From Phallusia mammillata (taxonomy: Eukaryota): a stretch of 64,000 nt of DNA. A model generated the notes under the pieces. That model ran no database searches, had not been told where the DNA came from, and saw only the letters and a program-made list of their open reading frames with translations. Positions 49,115-61,100 of this stretch are shown here, one piece after another (position 1 is the first letter of the stretch; each line of letters starts with the position of its first letter). The translations under genes were made by a program, and so were the position numbers. The stretch spans positions 11,842,001-11,906,000 of the forward strand of contig OZ281501.1 in NCBI GenBank assembly GCA_965637545.1. The letters run 5' to 3'.

Positions 49115-52100
49115 TCATCTGTCCGCGTTGTTTGGGCCGTTGACAGCCGTCGGTCTGTTCTGGTGATTTCCTCCGTAAAAATCGCGATGACCGCCTCGCC
49201 TGTTGGCACGGTAACCACCGCGCCCACGAAATTCACGGGGTCCTCCCCTGCCACGCCCACCACCGTTGTATCCGTAATCCCGATAGGAGTTATATCCCTG
49301 ATCGCGATTGTAGTAGCCTCGATGGCCACGGTAACCATCGTAACCGCCGCGACGAACGTAGCCGTTTTGCTGGTTGCCATCGTAACGCCGTTGCTCCCCA
49401 CTTTCATCATTGTCTTGTGCGCCACCGCGCGACTGTCTTTGATTTCTCGAGGGCGCCTTAGTCGACTCCGGGGTTTCGTTGTGCGCCTTGACGTCACTAG
49501 GTTCGCGTACGTCATCAACCGAGCGCGTGTCATCACCGGAATCAGATTTAGAGGAATCTGAAGAGTCTTTGCCGTTCAAAGCAGCTGCTACGGCGGCCAT
49601 TCTGGCACTTTGCTTTTTGCGTAGCATGTCAGCATAGGTTGGTTTCCTTCCATTTGAATCTGAAACGTAATGCGTGTTTAATAAAGCTGACATGTGTTTA
49701 ACACTTTCTATGACGGTAAAAAACATGACATGGTATTACTTCTATTACCTGGAGTAGGCGATGACGAAGAAGAGTTCCGGTCACTGGAGGAATTCACGTC
49801 GTCGCTTCTTTGTTCCTTAGGAAGTGTAATCTAGTATTGCACAAATGCATTAGAGCTTGTAGAGTTGATCAGTAACCCAATTCAGTTACAAATTATGTGC
49901 GTATTCGATTATGTACTACTTTACGAATATCGTTATCGAAAACAGAAGTAATAGGTCACAAGTTCTAAACCGGGATAATTTCGACATGTCTTGAGGTTAA
50001 TATTGGTAAACTCAAGTTCTGACTTTCATTGAGGGATGAAAAATATTTAGTCTATATTGTTTTCACCGTGACAGACACATACACAAGCAATAAACTGTTA
50101 ATAATTTTCCCGATTTCGTTTCTGCAAAAGTTTTGGTAGGTTGTTTTGCAAAAAATATCTTCGGCCAAGATGTAAACACAAAAAGCACCCTGATTTTGCA
50201 CAGGTAGTTTTTTTGCAAACTATCCAATACATGTGAAAACTTTTCTTTTTAAAACTTAAGCCAAATGTAACAACCAACAACAGAGTTATCTCACTTCGTT
50301 AGGTTGTGACACAGGAACAGGGCGGTCGACTTGAGCTTTGCTTAAAATCTCCGCTTTGTTTCCACCTTCGTGTCTGGTGTTGGTCTCTGCTGGTTTCGGG
50401 TGCTGTGATTTCTTCATCGACGAACTGCGAGAGGCGGACCTCCCCTTGTGAGGTGGTGGTTGGTCATGGTTTACGGGAACCTTCTCCGCGGGAGCAGTTG
50501 ACTCGTAAGCCTTTGGTTTTTCCGGGGTTGGCTTCTCAACGGGTTTTGTTGGCGTTACAGGGGGTCGTGCCTTTGTTGCGGTTGGTGCAGGTGCTAATGA
50601 AGTGATACAATATTGTTTGTGTTATATTTGTTTGTATACATGGTATACCATAAAAACTCAAGGGACGTATTAACAGATAGTCAAATCCCCAGGAATGAGT
50701 ACACAGCGAAAAATAAACACAGGCAGATACATTTCAAGAGTATCAGCATTTTAAAGAAAAACCTTACACAAAATGTCCGCCCCTTGTTTTAACAATTTCT
50801 TACACTAATAACTTTATGCACTTCTTCCACAATAAATCACAGTACGCCAGGCCCATTGAAGGCGCTATACCGAATCAGCCGGTCACCAAGCATTCACCAC
50901 CATATGGCAAGGCGTAGGCTAGAAAAATCTAGCCTGCGGTGGGATTCGAACCCACGACAGGAGTCTTTCCGGGACTCGCGCTCTACCAACTGAGCTACAC
51001 AGGCCCAGTGGAGAATCCGCCGAAAGTCGAATCACAAGCACCGTTGCCTGCCTGGTATGCTGCACATGTCAGCTTCGCAGTAGGGGATCGCCAGATTGAC
51101 CAGTATCAGTTAAGATGAACATAAATTCATAACTGGGATCAGCCCTGAAGCGTCTATGCTTCCACAATAGTTAGTATCACGTACCTTTTTCTGTGGGTGG
51201 TGGGGCAATTTCGGGTGCAGAGTTCAAAGGTGGGGTCGCCTGTTGTTCGTCTGGTTTCGGTTTGGGCACTTTGGGCATTATTGGGGTTTCTGGGGCTGGC
51301 TGGGGGATCACCATGGGTTTGGGGGCTGGTTGCAGAGGCATATGGTAAGTGGGAGTGATAGAAGAGTTTGAAACTTCAGAATATTTCTTGCTTGTTTGAA
51401 CGACAGCAGCTACCACTGGTGCCTGCGTTAAACGGATGTTGGTAAAACGCAGTTCATACAGTTCTTCTTCCAGCAGTGCGTAAAAAATGCTTGGTTTTAA
51501 AAATTCAGATGTACGCTATGGCTTTAACTGAGCTGTAAACCAACGACATTTTAAATGAGCTATTAATCAACGAGAGTTTTGTCAAAAAGGGTAGTTTTCG
51601 AATAATAAACAAGCAACTGTTTTTTAGCAACTTTAAAGCTAAAACTCGTAGTATCATTCCTCTTATTGTTTAACCAGTAACAAACACAGTCCAAAGCAAA
51701 GGTTTCTTAACCATAATCGGCCCAATCCCGCGATTCAGCAATATCAAGTAAATAGGGATTTGTTTACAGTAGTAACACGTGTCAACGTTTTGCGAATCGT
51801 ACCTTGGCAGTTTCAAGACCTTTGACAACGTCAGCTGCGGCAGGTCTTCCCTCAACCGGTGCACCATTGGTCACAGAAGCCTGGAATAGAAAATTGCGAA
51901 CATCCATCAAGTAGTAAAATTTCCAAATTCAAATAAAAGTTGTTCTGTGTGTTTTCTTACCGTTGTCGAAATAGATCCAGGCAGAGGCGGAAATGAGTTG
52001 CTTTCCAGGGTGAAAGGTGTGTTTACGGAGGGCATGGGAGGAGGGGTTACCCGCTGCAAACAAAACATATTTGTATTTAAAAGCGTTTATTTAATACACG

Positions 52101-55100
52101 GACCTTCCAATTTATCACCTGTAATTCACAGATGGCATAACCTATCACTTACAACCGTTAAATTTGCATTTATCTTCAGATTACATTATTTTTGTTATTT
52201 CAATTTGTGGTTAAGTTGTAACTGATTAAGCAGGTTTGACTTTTACAATACAAACCACAGAACAAGCAAACTGTAGTTGGTTATTCAAATAATGTGTAGT
52301 TGTTAATCTGCCAGTAAACCAAATACACTATATTACATCACTTACACCCGCAGATCTTTCTTCGTCTGCTCGTCTGGTTCGTCGAGGACGAGGCACTCCA
52401 CGACGCTGCTCCTGTACCCCAGTTCGATTTCTGGCCATTAAACAAACAGATTAAAAACTACAATAACTTATTTTTCACACAAAAATCTACCTCTGATCAA
52501 TGATAACTGAACCGTTAGGAGGCTGCGTGCTTGCCAAGGTTCCTCTCGGTGCTACTTGGCCTCGTTGCATCATCACTTCGGCGTAACCTGCACCATCTGT
52601 GTAAAATTATTTGCGTTTTTTATATTGCTGCTTTTTTACATCCAAGTCTGTGATCAATTACATGACAAGGCCAAGCATATCTTCATGGTATTTCGTAACT
52701 CGCATTTTAAACAATCAATAAAGTTGGTATGACAAAAGAGAGCAAGTTATTACATACTACGTTTGGCCATGCTTTTATTTCTACGACTGAAAAGAGTAAA
52801 AAAGTATTTGTTCGTTACATTCCCGTTGCCAACTATCGCGACTCTGACATTAGGAGATCTTATCAATCAAATATAATAAAATTCTCACAACGTTTACCAC
52901 CAGGTTAGTGTTGAACATCAGCACTTACCATGGGTTGAGTATTTTACTTCCTCTGGCAGCTGATCCCCGCCCGGAGGACTTAGTCTCTGCGAATAGAAAA
53001 GACACAGTGGTATTATTGATGTCAATCGGATTATGAAACATACAATGGCAACGACACGCAAACAAAAGACATTCAGGCTCAAAATCACAGGTATAAAGTC
53101 AAAATGAAGATATTGGGGCAAATTTGAATGCGAAATCGACAGTAAAAAATTTGTACATGTCAAAAACTGTTCAGTATCTACAAAAGGCCATCTAATTATC
53201 CACAGCAAAAACATTTCCTATTTTAGTCTTTAACAATAATACGTACTGGGTTTTGATCCTGGACTTGCATGCCATTTATCATTTTCTGCATTTGAATCGG
53301 ATAAACCATGTGCTCGTTGCCCTGACCGTATGTCGAATCAACCGACACTGTCTGCACATTTGGCGCCCCCTTCTGGCCGCCGTGGTGCATCCCACCGTTG
53401 CCAGGGTAACCGTATGAACTCGCGGGATAAGAGATCTGCGCTTGTTGCTGATGAGCCATTCCTGGAACACACAAGATTCGTAGACCAATTGTTCACGACT
53501 AGTGGATTGTTGTAGCTCAACGGTTCTTGCGCTTTTTTTAACTTGTTTTAAAATCCTTTTTGATTGATCGCTTGCATATATTCTCGTCAACAAAATATAA
53601 ACAAAAATTGGTATGTACGGGTTCAGGCTTAGCCGCTGGGGGAAAGTTTAAAGATAAGTGCAACATCAACAGTGTAGATACCAGAAAAGAACATTCGCTC
53701 ACATTTGATTCCTTTCGTAAGTTTAGAATACCCATTAGGACAGCTTATAACATCGACAAGTAATTTTACGGTCGCTATAGGTGACCTTTGTAATGCAACA
53801 TAAACAATCGGCATAAAAATGTGTGATTGTGTAATATGCTTTCGGCTCGCCAAAAATTACTGCACACCGTATTATGATTATTTAGATTGAGTAGAAAAAT
53901 TACCTTTCTGTTGAAATCGAGGACTGATTTCTTGTTGATGGCTATTTTGATAAGCACGTGACGTCGCCCTGTTTCCTCTGGATGCGTTTTGCGCTGATCC
54001 ACCGCTGTTGTTCTGTAAAATCATTTCCTTTTCAAGCAAACATGATTGTAAACGTTCGAATGATTCCAACACAGCAGCAAAGATTGGTTAATGCTTTTAT
54101 TTCACCATTCAATGTAAAAAAATGTTTGGTTAAGCCCGGATAATTATAAGTAGAGATTCCACTCTGAGTGACTCAGCCATCATTGATGTCAACTAAGTTT
54201 TTGTCTTTTTGTATATAATTTTTAAAAAAGTATTACATTAACGATACAAACTGCAAAGCAAAATAGTTTTTGGTTTGGCACAATTCGATCATGTCGGTAT
54301 TTTCTGTGACATAAGCTTCCGCTGATCTCACATGTACCTGATAACATTATTTACTTAGGAGTTTTTGCGAGCTGCATGCGTTTTTCGGTAGCTGTGCAAA
54401 TAAAACTGTCATCAATCTTATCAAAATGCCCGGTTACCTGTGATGAACCGTAACTGGAGTTTGAGCCAGGCCTTTGACCAGTAGACTGAAGTGTCCCTCG
54501 CTCCCTTTGCTGCTGGTGACGCGGTGGCATCATCGGGTGTTGATGACCGACATGTGTGTGCATTGCACCTTGTGCGTGGCGACCCATTACCACAATTGGT
54601 TCTACACTGGGCGTGACAAAAGGTGCTGCTGGTCGGACGGCGGGTAAATAGTGGCCGGAAGATTGACCTTTAAATCAAATACAATGGTTACTTTGCATGT
54701 TGTAAAACAGAACAATATTCGCCAATACAGGAAAGCATTACACAGATTTCGCGCAAATTCAATACCATAGCCAAGATTTGAGTTGGTACTTAGGGGTTTA
54801 GGCAAAATTTGTGATGTTCTTTAATTGTTAATCAAGAGTGTTCGCACAAGTTTTGCTTTCCTGTGACGGCAAATAGCTTAATGAAAATAGGTATATTGTA
54901 GGTTAGATTCTCTAGTACAGGGGTCGCCAAAGTGCGGCCCGCGGGCCGGATCCGGGCCGCCAGGTCATTTCATCCGGCCCGCGACCACATTTTTTGGTTT
55001 GTCAAATCGCATTGATAACTTTGTAACATTTAAAAATTAAGCTACTTCTTACGAAAGTTTTCCTGTCGCGATATGTAGAATTGATATTACTTTGTTTTTT

Positions 55101-58100
55101 GGGATTACAACGCCCAGGATTGACCCAAAGCCAGTTTGTTACGTCACAAACAAGACTACAAGGGTTAATTGTGCGCAAACAATTGCTTTCTTTGGCCACT
55201 TGTGACGTAATATACAAGCATTGCTTGTAAGATGAGACTAACTATACAATTTAATAGTCGCATCACCAGATTTTTAATGGGATTATAGAAAGACCATATC
55301 CTGGCGTCCATATCAAAATCGCCTTGCGGGCTAAGTTCGGAAAGGCGGCGCTAGGGCATAAACTATCCGGCCCGCGCGAATTATTATCAAACTTATCCGG
55401 CCTGCAGTGAAAAAAGTTTGGTGACCCCTGCTCTAGTACAATTATATTGCACTTGGAACACTTTTAGGGCGGCAAATCGATTGACTGATTGATTAGTTTA
55501 ACCACCTAAACTTCACTTAACGTTGCATGATGCTGAGACAAAAAAGAAAAAAAGTAGTGAGTCTGCAGCGCAAGTCTATAAATTATATGGGTAACTGTGA
55601 CACAAACAGTTGAACTGGAATATGCAGTTGTATGTCAGTATTTGACAAGCCTGGACACATGCGGCGGCTAAAAAGTGTACAAGTCGACAATACGCCTGCC
55701 ATAACTACAATTCACGTATGTCAAACTATATCTGTTTATCACGATCGAAAAATCTGCGTAGCATTCATTCACATTCACAAGCCGCCACACGAATGCCATC
55801 TAAACCGAAAGTTCGCACGTTAAGTGCTGCATCGAACGAATGACGCAATCCGGGAGCAACAAGCGTGACACGTGGTCCAAGGCAATCAGCGCCCGTATTG
55901 CCTTTCGAAATCTGCGGTCTCCGGTTTAAGCGTTACTGGTTGGGTGTGTTTACTACGCATTGGCTGAAGTGAGGATGCAAATTGGTCGCTTTCAGCTCGG
56001 TATGAAATGTCACGTGGCCAGAAATAATGGAGGACTATAGAAGATCGATAAGCATGGCTAGACGTGGCCTGTCTGCTGGTTACAGCCTAACAATAGGGAA
56101 AAGGTGTCTGTACAAACACAACCACGTACCAGCACAAGTTAGTTCAGGAGACAAACTTGTTTACATAACTGATCAATCTCATTATTAAAGCAGGTTCAAG
56201 GTTAGAACTGAATGTGATTTCTAAACTGTATGCTGTGTGCCTTTTTTGTTGCACAAAGTCAGCAGTTTGTTTAAAAATGACATGTTTGGTTATGAAAGGA
56301 CAGCTCAGTTCCTGTTGGCAAATGAATATTTACTGTCCTTCAAGGTTATAGAGCTCTTGAATTTTTACTCAAATGAATTTTTACTCTGATGAAGACGACC
56401 GGAATAAAAATACATTTGCCAGAAGATCTCTATTAACTTGATACTATGCCTGGCAGCAATAGCTTATTTACTGACCTTGCTTGACATTTAATCACATGAC
56501 AACCAGTAACCACAACTTTCAAACATAGTTTTGCTGAGCTAAAGCAAAAGATCTGGTATAATTTTATCAGTTTACAGGTTCATTGGCAAACAACTAAACG
56601 AAGTACAATTTGTGCTGCATTACACACAAGTATGTTTATCATTCATCAAATTTATTTTGCTTAATATTTCAGCACTGCACAGACCTCGCAAAATTTGAAT
56701 GCCAATCATTTCAGTTCTAATTTCATTGTTTCTTTTTTTGGCAGTATTTAGACATGATGCATTTAGTCAAATCAGCTCTATGGGAGTTTTATAGCCACAA
56801 AGTTATAACATTTTTTATTACCCGATCTCCATGAATCAAAATGCAAGAATTTGACAGATCCCAATATTCACATAAAAACAGACATACCTGGTTGATCAGA
56901 TTGTGGGTAGTCTGGATTCAAATTAGGAGGGTTTGGGTCATTAGTGAGAATGTACTGGGATCCAGCTGGTAGCTGTTGTGAATGTGTTGATGTGGGGTGA
57001 GGCTGAGGTTGACCATAGGAACCAGATGGCTTGCGTTGTCCGTATTGCTGGTTCCTAAAAATATATTTTTGATTGAAAAACAACATAACTTAACTATAAT
57101 ATTGCTTAAACAGTTTTGTGACAAAAAAGAAAAAAACTAAAAAGGAATTTGAATCATCTAATCAACCTTTTATTTTAAAAACGTGCACATAAACATACTC
57201 GAAAATATTGTTGGTAAAAAAAAAACTTAAACATATTATAAAACGTTAAATCTTACACATCAGTATGTTTGCATATCAAATGCAGTGTTAGTGCACATCG
57301 CAAAGACGAAAAGAAACCAAATTGGAGGGACATATAACAAGACAAAATTTGTGGCCTTAAACAAATTTCATTGACCCACCTTTGATTTGTGCCTTTGTGC
57401 ATTTCTCTGAAGCTGAAATAAAGTAAACACAGGTTATAAGAGAGATAAACAAACATCAAACTGTCTGCTAGTTACAGAACAATTGATGGGAATGAAAGTC
57501 TAGTTTGGGCTTTATAGACTTTTGTTTGCACAGTAAACTTCAGACAACTTCACAAATTAGTAATTTCAATTGACTCTTGTTGAGACTTTTTACATCTTTA
57601 AATGCCAAATAAGATAAAAAAAAATCTTGCCTTTTATCAGAATCATAAAATTTTATTAGGCAAAATATATTAGTAAAAAAAGTGTTGTGTCAAAGTTAAT
57701 CAACTTTTTACAACTTGGTAGGTAATTTAAAAAAAAGAAATATACCTGTGTGTATTGGAATACTGGCCAGACTTGTTGCCAGAAGTTGGAGGTTGGTTGG
57801 GTTTGTACTGGGCCATAAAGTTGGGATGAAATTGACTCTGCTGATAGATGAATGTTATCAGGTAGGTGACATTAGTTAGTCATTAACAATGCATGGTAAC
57901 CTTTTAGTGACATACACCACGTACAATCTATTTTAGGCATTTTGTGTAAATGAAATGAAACAACACTAGTTGTCACTGAATTTTTTTAAACTAAAATTAT
58001 ACAGGTACACAAGACACGGCTTGAACAGTAGCTTTACTAAAAACAAAATTGTTTTTTTTTAAATTGAACAAAAATAATCGCCAGCAATTTTGTTCATGCA

Positions 58101-61100
58101 GATTTTATACCGGTTTTTCAACTCACTGCAAAAATAGTTGGCTGAAGAAACATTTTGCAGATTTTTTACCATAAATGTTAAGCTAATAAAAGAGAGTTTT
58201 GTTGGTACATTTGCACATACTTTTTCCTAACACAAAAATAAATCACACACAACTAAAATACAAAATCTTACGAGTATTTCTGGGTTTGGTGGGTAAAACT
58301 GCCCCTGGTATGGGACCATGATACTGAAGTTGCTGATCAAGGAGCCTGGTTGTCCCTGCCCACTTGTTGAAGGGGATGGGGCAACTCGAGCAATGAAAGG
58401 GGGTGTGTGGGTGAGTGCAGGTGACATATGATTCTGTGGATGAGCTGTGGACCCAGGAATCGGCCCAGGTGGACAGAAAATAAATTGCTGAGGAACATTG
58501 GAAATTTCACCAGGCTGTGAGCTTATCTGTCAACAATGAAAGCAAAAACATTGTTAAGTATATGAGGAAAATAATACAAAATACACCACTACATACAACT
58601 TAACAACATTTACCATAAAACGGAACAGTGCCAATATGATAAAAGTTATGTTTATTTGTGTAATGATCTTTCACTTTCTGACAAAAAGCCCACTTTTCAT
58701 ACAACACTGATAAAAACATTTTGAATTTTATTGTAAGCAGGGTAATAATACCTTTACAACAAATAAAGACTTGGCCAATTAGTTTACATGGTAAATTGGA
58801 ACTTACTTGTTGCTGTGGTGTGGGTGGTTGCTGGGGGTTTCCTTGTTGCTGTATGGGTTGGGAAGGTTGGGTGGGAGTTGGGGGCTGTGGTTCAGACTTT
58901 GGGGGTTGATTGGGACGGTTAGGAACTGTATAGTTAAACATAGTCTGGATTGTCTTTGACTTGATGCGAGCCTAAATGAAAAAAGATGTAAAGTTTACTG
59001 TTTTGCAAATAAATAAATGAGATCACGTTAAAACTGTGTTTGAATCCCTGCATTTGCTATGGAATCAAAATCTTTCATATTTAATATTTGTTTCATATCA
59101 TCTGTAAACTAACTTCAATATTAGCACCATGTTTGTGTTGCTCACCTAGCACTGCGCATGACTATATTTTATTTTTTAATCTTGGGTAGGCACAATTGTG
59201 GACATTATTTCCATGTGCTTGACTGAGAATTTATTCTCAGACCTACCATAATTGGCTTTCCAAGGAAAGATTGAACATTTTCTCGCAGATGTCTGTATGC
59301 AGCCTGAGCATCTGTTTCATTGGCAAATGCAACATACCAACTAGTACCAGCAGCAAACTCACACGACAGAAACTTTGGGCAAGTTGGCCCATTGAACAGA
59401 CCTTCAACACTCTGGAGAAATATATTTTGTTTTTAAATGAAATTCTTCCTTTTTATTGCACTGAAAATTAATATGCATACTCCACTTTATGTGTTAACTT
59501 AAGAAGAACTGGAAAATTCTTACCTCAACAGGTGTGTCTCCAGGTATTTCTCTTAATATGACAATACATCGTGTTTGGTTGGGTCGAACTTTTTCTTCCT
59601 TATCATCTACTTGAACCAAGCTTGATGCTGTGAATATAGTTATTTAGTCTTGATTTTGGCATCACATTAATAGTGTGTTTCTATTGTTCAAATAGGGACA
59701 AAAGTATCATTTTATTATTCTTATCATTGTATGCAAGGGAATATACAATGGACATTCATACTTCATGTGACAACATCTCTTCTTCGTAAAACCTTACAAA
59801 TTTGGGACAAGATTCGGGACAAGGGATTATATTTTGACCACCAATTTTGCAAGTGAAAATGAAAATAGGGTACCTTTTAATGCCTCTATGACCAGGCTAA
59901 GATCAGAGGTTAACTTTTTTACTGCATTGAAGTTGGCAATAGTCCAGATTGGCACATAGGTTTGGTTGTCCATTTGTGATATCAGGTAGGGATCTTGAGC
60001 AAGGTTTTCCCTGTGGGCAAACAAAAATTCCATAAAACAGTCAGATTCTATTTGTCAGACTATCCAATCCTTCATATCTGGTACAATATTGCAATGAAAA
60101 AACTGAGAGTAAATACATAATACATAAAAACCTTAATACATATGACTAAACTTTTTGAAACAGAGGACCAATGAGCAATGTTGTGATCAGTATATGTTTA
60201 CATTTCAGGATATTAGTTACACAATTTGAGCAAATTACTATTGCAGATTATGACATACATTTTTGATACGATTTAACAAAACATCTTGCACTGTTATATT
60301 ACACTAGTTAGCAAAAAATATATATAAGTGTTTACTGGTTAAAATTAGTCTATGTGTTTTATTGGCAAACATGAACTGTTGAAGTGAACCCTGCCATGAC
60401 ATGACGAAGGAAATAACCCATGTTCAATTGTTAAAATATTCATAACTTTTTTATTGTCAAATATTAACTGAATTCAGCTATGACTTGACAAATTAGTTGT
60501 CTCACATAGTAAATAAAAAAACTTATCCCAATTACAAACCCCTATAGCAAACAGGAAACAATACTAAAATGCACAGGAATTGGTCCATTCCTGATTAAAC
60601 ACACACACAGCAGACACAGTGTTTGCTGAGGTCTGCACACCAACTTAAACCCATACATTGTAGGTCAAGCAGCAACAAATTAGTCCAAGTCTTTTGTCAA
60701 TGAGATTCAAATGGCCAATTTTAATGCAAAGGTACATTCATAGAAGCATTTATTTGAATTATAAACAGGCTACAAAAATGGTTCCCAACCTTAATTCCTC
60801 CGCAGTGAGACATTTAAAACTCAAGGAAAGAATTTTTATTTTTTATTTGTTTGGTGGTTTATAAACTCAAACTATTATTGTCATTTTTTGGACAACTTGG
60901 TTCCATATTTTTATCATGTAAACTATTAAATTAATGCAGCAGTACATATTTCAGTTGTGGCAACCTACCGTGAGAAATAATATTCTAGCTGGCGTTGTAA
61001 CTGTTCCTTGAGTTCTTTTCCCTCAAGTTTTGGAAGAGATGGAGAAAGTGGTTCCAAGCTACTTTCCATCTTAACCTCCTCACCAGCATCCAGTACTTGG

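Noticed and set aside
48907-49561. Two extra long ORFs (209 aa on -, 191 aa on +) overlapping the LARP4 last exon, suggesting dual coding
   Set aside because: They are shadow frames of a GC-rich, Arg/Gly-repetitive exon with few stop codons. They have no domain motifs, and both plausible acceptors (49659, 49557) splice into the RGG frame.
50932-51004. Functional tRNA-Ser(GGA) gene
   Set aside because: It lacks the long variable arm used by SerRS, has C33 and an extra base, and sits inside a dispersed repeat. Eukaryotes normally read these codons with IGA.
50835-51158. Retrozyme or hammerhead ribozyme in the tRNA element
   Set aside because: No CTGANGA..GAAA core on either strand by eye, and no convincing HDV-like fold. 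A descriptor search (RNArobo/Infernal) would be needed to exclude it fully.
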